A stretch of DNA of 64,000 bases from Squalus acanthias (Eukaryota): NCBI GenBank assembly GCA_030390025.1, contig CM059432.1, positions 51,586,001-51,650,000 of the forward strand, read 5' to 3'. Both the position numbers and the translations under genes were made by a program. Positions 1-11,206 of the stretch are shown here, in pieces (the stretch's first letter is position 1; the number at the start of each line of letters is the position of its first letter). The notes beneath the pieces were generated by a model. That model was not told the DNA's origin. It worked only from the letters and a program-made list of their open reading frames with translations, and did no database searches.

Positions 1-29
1 TTAGTTAAATCCAAAACGGACAGAAAACA

Positions 30-1139
30 GAGAGCAGGAATAAACCAGTCATCTTTGGGTTGGCAGGCTGTAACTAGTGGTGTACCACAAGGATCAGTGC
101 TTAGGCTTCAGCTATTCACAATCTACATCAATGATTTGGATGAGGGGACCAAATGTAATATATCTAAGTTTGCTGATGATACAACGCTGGGTGGGAATGT
201 AGTTGTGAGGAGGATGCAAACAGGTTTCAAGGGGATATAGACAGGCTAAGTGAGTGGGCAAGAACATGGCAAATGGAATATAATGTGGAGAAATGTGAAG
301 TTATCCACTTTGGTCAGAAAAATAGAAAAGCAGAGTATTTTTTAAATGCTGAGAGATTGGGAAATGTTGGTGTTCAGAGGGACCTGGGTGTCCTTGTACA
401 CGAATTACTGAAAGTTAACATGCAGATACAGCAAGCAATTAGGAAAGCAAATGTATGTTGGCCTTTATTACAAGAGGATTTGAGTATAAGAGTAAAGACG
501 TCTTACAGCAATTATATAGGGCCCTGGTGAGACTACACCTGGAGTATTGTGTACAGTTTTGGTCTCCTTACCTAAGGAAGGATATACTTGCGGATATACT
601 TGCCTAAGGAAGGATATACTTGCCATAGAGGGAGTGCAACGAAGGTTCACCAGACTGATTCCTGGGATGGGGGGATTGTCCTATGAGGAGAGATTGAGTA
701 GACTAAGCCGATATTCTCTGGAGTTTAGAAGAATGAGAGGTGATCTCATTGAAACATACAAAATTCTTACAGGACTTGACAGGGTAGATGCAGGGAGGAT
801 GTTTCCCCCTGGCTGGGGAGTCTAGAACCAGGGGTCACAGTCTCAGAATAAGGGGTCGGCCATTTAGGACTGAGATGAGGAGAAATATCTTCACTCAGAG
901 GGTGGTGAATCTTTAGAATTCTCTACCCCAGAGAGCTGTGGAGGTTCAGTCATTGAGTATATTCAAGACAGAGATCGATAGATTTTTGGCTATTAAGGGA
1001 ATCAAGGGATATGGGCATAGTGCAGGAAAGCGGAGTTGAGGTAGAAGATCAGCCATGATCTTATTGAATGGTGGAGCAGCCTCGAGGGGCCAAATGGCCT
1101 ACTCCTGCTCCTATTTCTTATGTTCTTATGTTCTTATGA
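30..1139 (+). mobile_element. CR1-clade LINE, 5'-truncated 3' part (RT C-terminus + 3' UTR), frameshifted
   Basis: ORFs 55-240 ([16 protein letters not shown]), 273-530 and 547-825 are consecutive CR1 ORF2 RT segments; ends in a (TTCTTATG)n tail at about 1115-1139. Confidence 0.93.
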
Positions 1140-1529
1140 CGGCTGTGGTCCTCCAATAGATCCTGGGAGTGGGGGGAAGCAATTGGGTGGTGATCGGGAA
1201 AGGGCCGAGCGGGGCCGGCAATAGTCTTCCAGACTGCTGTGGAGCCGGGAGGAGTGCGGCTGCTATCTCACCAGGAAGTGTTGCCGATCGTGAGGGCCGC
1301 TGAAGAATCCTGAGTGCCGAATTTTTGAAAGGGGTCCTTTAACAGGCGTTTGGCCCTAAATATACGTATTCAAGGGGCCTAATGCCAGTGTAAGGCGTCC
1401 ACATGGGACACCAATTTAGCATAGGGTCCAACGTCTGCACACATTGGGCACTAGCTATCCCACTGCTAAATTGATATGCTTTGTGCCTGTTTTATACCAT
1501 GGGCACAACACATATCAATTTCTAGCCCC
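1140..1529. mobile_element. Right end of a PIF/Harbinger-type non-autonomous element
   Basis: GC-rich block ending AATTTCTAGCCCC (1517-1529) followed by TAA; same GGGGC..AAATT TIR type as other elements here; left end not seen. Confidence 0.55.
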
Positions 1530-1984
1530 TAAGGTCTACCCTGATAAATGTAATGTTATTATATTGAAGCAGCATAGTTCTGATCTGGCCACACACTTAA
1601 TACATACATTCATTTCTGGTCACTGAGCCACAAGGAAAACATGCAAGTTCTGAAAGTGGTGCAAGGAAAGAACACAAGCAGTATTGCCAACCCCACTGCC
1701 TCATAAATCAAAAGGCAAATGCTTAAAAATCAGGAGATTTGTTATAGAAATCATGAGTTGCTATTTTTTTCCTGACCCCACCCCTCACTGACCTTTGTTC
1801 CCGGACAGGAAGCTCATTCTGCAACCTTTGCTCCCGGACAGGAAGCGCATTTGGCCATCACTAACCGATTACTGACATAAGAACATAAGAAATAGGAGCA
1901 GGAGTAGGTGGATCGTTGGCCCCACTGCTGCGTCACTCACAGGCTAGCCTCGCTCTGCTTTTGACCGTTATTCTTTCCGGAACA

Positions 1985-2312
1985 TAACCTCCTCCAGCCC
2001 TACAACCCTCTGAGGTCTCTGCGCTCCTCCAATTCTGGCCTCTTGAGCATCCCCGATTTTCTTTGCTCAACCATTGACGGCCGTGCCTTCAGCTGCCGTG
2101 GCCCTAAGTTCTGGAATTCCCTCCCTAAGCCTCTCTACCTCTCTTTCCTCCTTTAAGACATTCCTTAAAACCTACCTCTTTGACTAAGCTTCTGCCCTAA
2201 TATCTCCTTATGTGGCTCGGTGTCAAATTTTTGCTTGATAACACTCCTGTGAAGCGCTTTGGGACGATTTACTACGTTAAAGACGCTATATAAATGCAAA
2301 TTGTTGTTGTTT
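1985..2312 (+). mobile_element. L2-clade LINE 3' end
   Basis: Matches the L2 3' regions at 20543-20885 and 62730-62868 (LWNSLPKPL, KTYLFD; tail GCGCTATATAAATGCAA-(TTG)n). Confidence 0.85.
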
Positions 2313-2614
2313 TTCTCTATGCTGCCCACTGATCGAAATACATGGCTAACCTACTCTCAGATATCTCCAGCTACAAACTAGTCACAACACTTGATTCCTC
2401 TCATTCCCTGAAAATATCAGTCAGTGGTAAAGTCTCCACCAGACATCTGTAATGTACAAGCCTTAAGAATCTCAGTTATATTGTCAACTTATTTTTTAAT
2501 ATCAATCGCTGTTTTTTTCGTGCATGTGCATCACGAGATCACGAGTGAGGCTTTATTTCACTCCGAAATCGCGTCTCTCGTGATGGATGCACGAGAGTAG
2601 TCAGTACTGCACAA

Positions 2615-2850
2615 GGCTGATCATGAGTATCAGAGGACTGAGTTAGGAAAAGCTTGGTGTTTAGCTTCAAAGGAGACAAGTGAGAAGGGACCTTACAGGG
2701 GTATATAACATACTAAAATGAAGAGAAAAGGTTAATCTGGCACCATTTGCAGTTAACCATGACTGTAGGACAAGGGGTACCAACTAGTAAAGGTCATTCT
2801 AGAGACAGTTATAAAAGGATGCACTAGGTGGGCCAAATGGTCTTGCCAAT
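2615..2850 (+). mobile_element. Old degenerate CR1 3' fragment
   Basis: Decayed AGAAGGGACCTTA..GTATATAA, AGGACAAGGGG and GGGCCAAATGG blocks in CR1 order. Confidence 0.5.
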
Positions 2851-3539
2851 CTCTACTTTTGATCTTTGTGAATTTGAGTAGTGCAGTGAAATTATACAAT
2901 CAAATCATGATGCTATTAAATGGGAAATGAGTTGTCTCTGCTGAACAATCCATCTTTCACTTATTTGATCCCTCTATGGGCAGAAAATTGGCTGAGAATG
3001 CGGGTGGACCCAATGCTAGCCTGGAAAATGGTGGAGGCATAGCAGTTGAGGATAGTAGTGATCTTAATTGTCACTGGCAGCGTTGACCTTGTGATGGAGG
3101 TAGTCTGTAGGTATCTGTACAACAGATGGCACAACTTGCCACCTGACTTTGAGCTGCCTCAGAGCCTGCAGAGGCAGTTGTTCTTTGTCATTGTCATGCA
3201 GATACCCCCAGGGTCTGCAGATACAAATGATGGTATAACGGCAGGTGTGGGCACGCCTGCCCTGGTGCCAGCTGGTGCTTACTTTTTTCTTGTACCACTT
3301 CACAAATTAAATATTGAGCATTTTCAAAGCAAACTTCATCATTAATTTCAAATTGATTTGCCAAAAAGTACCACTATTCCTTTCAGAGATCCATTCTGCA
3401 CACAACTTGCCTTTAACAAAAAGGCCTTGCTGATGTACAGAATGCATGCTTAATGAAGCTCACACATTGTATGCATCAAATTGCTTGGTCCCTGCACATC
3501 TAATTCGGGCCAGCGGCAACATTCCTGCTCTAAGACTAG

Positions 3540-4416
3540 GGGGGAGAAATTCAGTATTGCCTCATTTGGGGCGCAATTATCGGCCGGGCGCAAAAATTAG
3601 CGCCTGGCGCTAATTATCGCCTCTGACTGCAAACTTGACTTTTATCGCCCCTGGAGGTGATTGGAGCGCTAAATCAGGCGCTTCACACCTGTCTTAAGGC
3701 GCAAAGGCCGAGGAGCGAGGCGCTACCTCAGAGCGCTGGCGAAGCTCATATGATGTCAGTCAGCAATGGAACACACACACAATGGCGCCGACCAGTTCTT
3801 AAAGGGGAGGGTTGATCTTGCTTTCCATCCACATCCTGCTCATTGCAGCCTTGAATCTCGGCCTGGAGAGACCTGTACATCAAATCTGCTGGAAAGAACA
3901 ATGAAGAGAACCAGGCAAAGAGCTCAGAGTGCAGCCCCCACAGTCTCTTCTAAATCGATACAAGGAAGGGCAAATCAAAATGAACCTGCAAAGTGCTGCT
4001 CAGTACCCAAAACTCCTTCACACAGCGTTGAATCTCTCCAGAAGTCTCTCTCTCTCTCTCTCTCTCTCTCAGAATGCGTGGTTCAAAAATGTCACCAACA
4101 ATAAAAGGCAGGCAGCAGTCGCCTTTAAATAACGCTCCCCCAATCCCTTCCTGACTGCAAAACGCTCCCCTCAACCTGTCGTTGCTAGCGGCAGGCGGTA
4201 AGGCAGGGGGCGCCACTGGGGCATTGCGCACTCGACTGATGTCACGATCTGCCGGCGCAGGAGATCGTGGCGGTAGTGTTATGCGCCGCTGCAAAATGGC
4301 TAGTTAATTTCGCAAGCGGCGCAAACATCGCCGCACCCGGGCGCTAGTTGCTTTGCACCCCATTAGCGCCCTCTTAAGGCGCTAACGGGAGGCGCAACCA
4401 ACTGAATTTTCCCCCC
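3540..4416. mobile_element. Harbinger-type MITE (family B, copy 1)
   Basis: 16-bp TIRs GGGGGAGAAATTCAGT / ACTGAATTTTCCCCCC, 3-bp TSD TAG (3537-3539, 4417-4419); near-identical copy at 31510-32395; internal (CT)n. Confidence 0.92.
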
Positions 4417-4619
4417 TAGATGTTTAGTCTTATGGCACAGTTGCAACATTATGTATAGTACCTTAGTTATGGGATATGGGTTTGCATCTGTTATTCCCAT
4501 GCCATTGAATTCTCAATCTCAGGTTTGGAATCATGGGGCGATGCCAAGCAAGAGGTTAAAATAGGGTGCCACAATTCTGTGTCTAGTGTGGTAAGACTCC
4601 ACATCATTTCCCACATAGC

Positions 4620-4792
4620 GGGGTAGATTGTCGTCTTCACAGCCTGGTGGTAATCTGGCAGAGCGGATCACCCGTCAGTTATAGAACCCATCTGATTTTC
4701 ACTCCATTGATTGCAACGGAATGGCAATTGGGTGGGTTCTATAAATGGCAGCTGATCAGCTTCACCAGCTGGTGAAGCCGAAAATCTACCAC
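4620..4792. mobile_element. Foldback (whole-length palindromic) MITE
   Basis: GGGGTAGATTGTCGTCTTCAC ... GTGAAGCCGAAAATCTACC, inner TATAGAACCCA/TGGGTTCTATA arms around a CCATTGATTGCAACGG centre; related end at 16950-17004. Confidence 0.8.
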
Positions 4793-4899
4793 AGCATGTT
4801 TTCAATTTTGGCTGTCTGCCAGAGAAAGTGCCGAACAACTATCTACAGGAAAGGAGAAACAAGTCATCCTCAACCATTCTTGCACAACAATGGCAAAGT

Positions 4900-4990
4900 T
4901 AAGCCTGACGAAGGGGCAGCAGCTCCGAAAGCTTGTGATTTCAAATAAAACTGTTGGACTATAACCTGGTGTTGTGCGACTTCTCACCAA
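4900..4990 (+). mobile_element. Penelope-like element terminal fragment with minimal hammerhead ribozyme motif
   Basis: CTGACGA(4905-4911)-A-GGGGC/agca/GCTCC stem II-GAAA-GCTT, then AATAAA; typical PLE pseudo-LTR layout. Confidence 0.7.
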
Positions 4991-5092
4991 AGTTAAGCCC
5001 AATAGCAATAATGACAGAGGCTTGGCACCAGGACTGCTCCCAGTATTCATAGCCATGGAATGATACTTCGCCTTGGCAACAAAAATAATCAA

Positions 5093-5308
5093 GGCCTAGA
5101 AATGTATTTGAGCTGGCGTGAACTGGGTACATGCCCCTTATTTGCATATGCAAAGGGTCTAACACCTGTGTTAGGCACAGGCCCTGGTGGCCTTCACCAA
5201 TATAGCGGGCACTGCACTTCCTGCAAGGAATTTGGGTGCACATGCTGCCCGCCCTATTGGATGTTTTATGCCTGTAAATAGGGCGCGCTGTCAGCCAATT
5301 TCTAGGCC
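5093..5308. mobile_element. Harbinger-type MITE (216 bp)
   Basis: Perfect 11-bp TIR GGCCTAGAAAT / ATTTCTAGGCC. Confidence 0.75.
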
Positions 5309-5620
5309 AAAGTATTTAGGATATCTAAAATTAAGTTGACATATAAAATGTTCTGGATCCTTTAAAATAACCTTGTATTTTACCAGTGCTTCATTATGCA
5401 TTGGATCCAAAAAAAAATTGATAAATAATGGATGAATCTCTCAAATCTGCAGCAATAACAAATGGTTGTAGATGGAAATGACACAGGAAAAACTATTGTT
5501 TTCACTTTTAAGAGGAAATTTATTTAGGACTTTAATTCAGTTACCTCTTTCAGCTGCAGTGATTGTCATACAGAAGTTCCACAGTATCTTTGCTGGGTCT
5601 GCTGACGATTAACAGCAATG

Positions 5621-7796
5621 GTGTCAGCCTTGGCTCAGTGGTAGCACTCCTGACTCTGAATCTAGAAGGTTTTCTCTGCAGTGGCGGGATGGTGGCGGGA
5701 TAGCTGGTTGCCGGGTTCCGGTCTCGCTCCCGGCTGCAGCCGCTCTGTAAATGGATTTTCCCTTGATTGGCCTTGTTAAGCCCGCCCTGCGGGCTTCCCG
5801 GCCAATTAACAGGAAGCGGGTCTGATGATGTCATTTGATGACACGTCATCAACCAGTTTCCTTAAAGGGACCACGGCCACATTGAGTTTGACAGTTGTTC
5901 TGTCAGTGTTCTACAGCATTGAGGTGCTGCAAACACTGACAAGCACTGCACAAAGGTGGACGGTTGCACCCAGGCTCTCCAAAGACTCCCTCCATATGCT
6001 TATGGAGGGAGTCACAGCACGCAGGGAGGTTCTCTTCCCTTCCAAGGGTGGAAGAGACCTCTGAGGACACCAACGCAGCCTGGTTGCACATTGCACAGGA
6101 GGGCAAAAGCAGGGATGTGGTCAGGAGGCCCAGGCTGCAGTGGCGCCAACCTTTCAATGATCTCAGTGGATCACGAAAGGTTGCTGCAAAGCCACACTCA
6201 ACCTCATCCTGCTGTGCCACTCAACACATTCTCATCACTCTGCCATCCATACCCTACTCCTGCACATCCTTACTCACACCAACTTACCTTGCACCTCCAC
6301 CCATCCCTCTCTATCTACATTATCACTTCCCATCTCACTAGCCACCCCTCACACAGACCCTCATTCTACTGCAAGCATACCAACTAACAACACACAAGGG
6401 TAGGCACTTGAGAGGTTTAGCCAATGTCCATGTGAAGTTTCTGGTAATGTGTTGTCATACAGTGAAATCTATATTTTCAACACTTCACCTTATTGGACAG
6501 ATCTGTGTGTACCTTAAGAAGTGTCTTACTGAGTTCCAGTGAATGTTGAGACATAATTTCCCCCCCACCACCCCACTATAGTGATGAGTGTGCATGGAAT
6601 GGCTTGGACATTAAAGGGATGCTTTACGGTGCTGGTGTGGGATGGTGTCAACCTGGCGCATCATGTGGCAGCCAGGGTTTACAGCATCAAGTGAAGTAAA
6701 TCTGGCCATGGTGATGCCATTGCTGGCTTCCCGGGCAGCAATGTTGTCAGGGGCTGATGCCCTGTGTCCTGTGCTGCATCAGCTGATGGTGGAGAAGGTT
6801 GGTGTTGTTGTTGGTGCTGCTGGTGTGCCTGGTGATGTTGGTGTTGGGGCTGAGCGTGGAAGGAATCAGAGGAGCAAGGTGAGATAGTTTCTAGGGCACC
6901 GATGTTGCTGCAATAGATGGCAGCTGCAGGTGAGATGACAGAAGTGATCTGTTAATGGTGAGAGAGGTTGTTCCAATGAGGCGGCACTGGACATACGGTT
7001 GGCTCTAAACACTTGCAAGCTAAAGAAATCTCTATATGTATTACAAATGCAGTAACCAACAGTTTCTGCGCTCTGAAACTGACCATCTGCAACATGGCAT
7101 CCTTTACCACACTTCTGCAGTTGTCAGCTTATCAGATACATCAGAGCAGACCCCACTCACGCCAGGGTGAGCTGGCGTGTTCCCCGAGCAGCGGGTAACC
7201 CGTGGGGGAACACGTAAAATTGGAAGGAAGCCTCAAAATAGCATTAAATTGGCTCTTAACAAGCCATTTAATGATCTCCATTGTCTCCCCCACCGCTTGG
7301 TGTCGGGTCAGTTCTCCACTGACAGACCCGATATCTGGGAGACTCGCGTGGAGGCGGGTTGACAGCGGGTTTCTTACCCACTGTCAATCTTTGCTATTTT
7401 GACAGTGGACCCGCCTCCAAACCCACCCTCTGAACGCCGGCAAAATCCAGCCCTAGAACTTCAGCACATATCTTGGCTGACACTCCAGTGCAGCACTGAG
7501 GGAATGCCGCATTGTTGGAGGTGCTGTCTTTCAGGTGAGATATTAATCTATGGTTTTACTCTCTCAGTTGATGTCAAAGATCTCATGGCACCTTCAAAGA
7601 AGTGTTCTCCTGGTGTCCTGGCCATTGTTTATCCCTCAAGGAACACCTCTAAAACTGTTTAATTGGTCATCTACCTCATTGCTGTTTATGGGACCTTGCT
7701 GTGTGCAAATTGGCTGCTGTGCTTCCCTACCTTACAACCGTAACCACACTTCAAAAGTAATTAATTGGCTATGAAGTGCTTTGGGATGTCATGAAA
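5621..7796 (+). mobile_element. tRNA-derived Deu-domain SINE split by a Harbinger insertion (5621-5671 head; 7454-7796 body and tail)
   Basis: Head TGGCTCAGTGGTAGCACTC (A-box-like) resumes at 7454 with GGCTGACACTCCAGTGCAGCACTGAGGGA, as in copies 14575-15047 and 48955-49363. Confidence 0.85.
5672..7453 (+). mobile_element. Non-autonomous Harbinger derivative with decayed Myb/SANT-like exon; left TIR deleted
   Basis: Right TIR AAAATCCAGCCC ends at 7453; 5960-6180 encodes APRLSKDSLHMLMEGVTARREVLFPS...FNDL; homologous in reverse to 37822-39482. Confidence 0.82.
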
Positions 7797-8399
7797 AGAT
7801 TTTGGTTTCAGCAGTTAGCTGGTTGCCTTTGCTCTGTATATTGGTAATAAATAAAACAATGACTTTGCAAATCATTAGGCAAAGACTGAGAAAGATTAGA
7901 AATCAGTCAAGCTCATAGTATAGAGAGGCCATTGAAAGCTTGATTATTTTCTTGTTGATGCTCATCTTTTTTGCTGGTATTGACAATTCACATAACAAAA
8001 TGGAACCAATTTTACACCAATAGCTAAATAGCCATGAAAATTAATACTAATAAGATGATTGATTATGGGAATTCCTGTAGTAAAGTTAATGGGGGCTAAA
8101 TTCGATAGCACCCGAAAATGGGCGCGGGATCGCGATGCGCAAGTAAACAGCTCCCGTTCAATTTAATGCAGGCAACACATCAACTTCGTGCTGCCCGCAC
8201 ATTTCAATGATTTCAGCATGCAGCCAGCACTAATCGTGTTTTTGATTGGAGGCCCAAAATCGTTACTTGCTAGCACCAGTTAAAGCTAGCCTGCACTGCT
8301 TAAAGCTAGCCTGCACCTCTTAAAGAGGAGGTGCATTGTGGCTGGAGCAGGTGCTGGAAGTTGTTCAAGAAGTGAATCTTACCTGGGAAACAGTGAAGA

Positions 8400-9927
8400 A
8401 TGGCACAACATAGAAGAGAGAGGGCCCCAAGTTTTTCAGACGCTGCACTGGAGGCCTTGGTGGAGGAGGTGGAAAGGAGGAGAGATGTCCTGTATCCACA
8501 CAGGTCCAGGAGACCCTCCAGACACACGCACAGAAGGCAGTGGGAGCAGGTAGCCATGGCAATCAATGCCAAGAGTCATGCCCGAGGACCTGGATGCCGT
8601 GCCACAAGAAGTTCAATGACCTCACACGAGTAGTCAAGATCAGTGAGTGCATCTTCAAATGTCATATTCTACCAACTGCACCACTAGCCTCAGCCACTGC
8701 TCAATGCACCACACCTCCATCACTCACCTACCAACAATCGCTATCAATCAGGACTCATACCTAACATTCTTAGCTTCACCTCACCCTCAAAGACTTAGCA
8801 CTGCTACAAGCCCCCATCCCCTCACCATAACCTTACCCTTGTGCCTTTCTCCTTTCAGATAACCAAGAACTGCAACCTGCCCAGGCAGTGGTGGAAGAGC
8901 AAGAAGACAGTGATGATGAGGACACACCATCACTTGATTTCACATTCACAGCCACCAGTTCAGATACTGAGAATGCGCACAATTTAAAGGATAGCATAGA
9001 GGCGAGATCTGCACGTGCTGAGACACCGGGCACAAGTGGCCTGCAGCCAGAGCAGGAAACAAGGCCCGAAAGGCAAGGTTGCACACAAGTTCTGCTTCAC
9101 AGGACTCAGATGAGGACTTCAGTGGGTGAGGCTATGGAAGAAGGCAGATAGGTATGCACAATTAAATACTTGGTGCATTGGGAAGCCTCCCAGAAAGCCT
9201 GCGTGCAATGCCAAGGAGCATGGAGGAGTCCGGCACCAACTTGGCACAGGGCTTTGCACAGAGCTTGGAGCCCATCCTTTCCAGCATAGAAATGGTGGCC
9301 AACTCCATTAACACACTTGTGGACCCAACCATGATGCAGCGTCTGATGGCCGATGTCTCAGCTTCCATTGCAGCACAAGCAGTAGCCACCCAATGTCTGA
9401 GTGCTGCAGTGGAAGCTCAGACTGAAGTCGTGCAAACTCAGACTGTTGCCATGTAAGCTCAGACTGCTGCCATCATGACTGTGGATTGCAGTGTTCAAAG
9501 GGGCTTGCAGGGTGTCACAGCAGTCCAGCAATCTCTCCTCCAACAGATTACTCGGATTGCTGAGGCGCTGCCCCGAAGGAGTGGCAGCGGCTCCGCGGAG
9601 CACAATCCTGCTGTCCTCTCTCTCTCTGGAGATGACAGCATTCGTACTTCCACCACTGCCACTCCACCAGTGCCCTTGCTGTTGCCTGTCAGCCAGCCAA
9701 CCCAGACTGCTGCTACCCATGCCAAGATGGTGCAGTCCTAAGCTGGGCCTTCTAGGCTCAGAGCTGCTCGAGGTCATCCTCCAAGACCATCTGCAGTCTC
9801 CTCCACTGAAAGTCAGCAGCCTCCCACCAGCAATGCTGCAGCCACTAAGGTAGCACTGCGTAGGAGCACTGGGACAGGCAAAGGCACACGGAAGACAGGC
9901 ACTAAGGGAAAGTACAAGGGTTATTAG
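8400..9927 (+). pseudogene. Harbinger Myb/SANT-like (trihelix, NAIF1/MSANTD-type) DNA-binding protein, disrupted
   Basis: MAQHRRERAPSFSDAALEALVEEV...W...CHKKFNDLTRVVK exon with frameshift near 8580; acceptor TTTCAG at 8859; acidic, coiled-coil and ALRRSTG tail with several stops; the middle exon seen in related copies appears to be missing. Confidence 0.85.
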
Positions 9928-10091
9928 TTTGCGTTTGTATGCAATATGGCTTGATTTGAGTTATAAATTTGGTTTGGAATGTTTATTTTGTGGAGGCTTT
10001 TACTTTTGCATTGTGGATGCTGTGATGGCCAGTGCCAGAGGGAAGGTAAGGTGTGGGACTGTTTGTGAATGGAGAATTGGGGTTCCGGTTA

Positions 10092-11206
10092 CTAGTTTTG
10101 CACTTGGATGAGTTCTTCACGGACAATCCAAGCAGAAAGGGGCTGTCTAGGTTGCCTCCTCCTCCTCCTCCGCCTTCTCCTCAGCTGCTCACCGTATAGC
10201 TGTGCCCTCATGATAGCGAGGTTGTGCAGCATGCAGCAGCCCACCACAAATCTTGACACCCGCTCTGCTGAGTACTGTAGAGCTCTTCCCAAGTGGTCGA
10301 GGCAGTGGTAGCATGTTTCAGCATGCTAACGGTATGCTCTATCACATTTTGTGTGGCAGCATGACTTTCATTGTATGCATGCTGCGCACATGTGTATGAG
10401 TTGTGCACTGGAGTCATGAGCCATATCGTCAGCAGATAGACCTTGTCGTCCAGTAGCCACCCTTTGGTTTGCCGTGGTGGCTGAAATACAGCTGGCACAA
10501 CGGACTGGTGCAGAATGAAGGCATCATGACTGCTGCCAGGATATCGGGCATTGATCTGCAAGATTTGCTGCCTATGGGTGCACGCCAGCTGGACGTTGAG
10601 GAAGTGGAATCCCTTTTGGTTCCGGTATATGGCAGAGTTGACATGTGGCGCCCGCATAGTGATGTGCGTGCAGTCAATGACATCCTGCGACATGGGAAAG
10701 CCTGCAATCCTAGCGAAGCCGTGTGCTCGCTCCACCTGCTGGTCTCTGGCAAGTGAGAATGAAATGTAATCAGCTCTCTTTGAATAGAGAGCCTCAGTGA
10801 CCTCACTTGCGCAACAGTGGACGGCAAACTGCAAAATGCTGCAAATATCACCTGCTCCAACCTGGAGGGACCCAGACGCATAAAAGGTCATGGCCATGGT
10901 CACCTTCACAGCCACTGGCAATGCAGTCCTTGCCCTGCTCTGAGGTTGCAGTTGTGGCTGCAGCAGGTGGCAGATTTCAGTGAGGAAGTCCTTACTGAAG
11001 CACAGAGGTCTCGTATATTGTTCCTCGCTGAGGCTCAGGTAGGAGAATTGCTCCCTGAACACCCTGGGCAGATATGGCCTCCTGCTGAGAGCCCTTCTTC
11101 CCCTCCTCCTCCTCCCTCTTCTAGCAGCTTGTCCTGCTCTGTGTGGTCTCTGCTCTTTCTCCAAGTCATGTTGTATTCCAAGGGGAATTTCTCCTAGTGC
11201 ACCCAT
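10092..11206 (-). pseudogene. Harbinger DDE transposase (HARBI1-like), frameshifted near 10310
   Basis: ATG at 11206; motifs TFYASGS, IDCTHI, NQKGFHFLNVQ, YPGSSHD, LLDDKVY, VIEH; C-terminus CCMLHN in ORF 10092-10292. Confidence 0.93.

Noticed and set aside
2978..3530. Intact MITE from GGGCAGAAAATTGG at 2978
   Set aside because: Start is TIR-like, but no matching right end or TSD could be fixed; probably a decayed Harbinger relic
5625..5671. tRNA gene (also near 15000-15047, 26265 and 57910-57970)
   Set aside because: tRNA-like heads run directly into the Deu-SINE body; no complete cloverleaf
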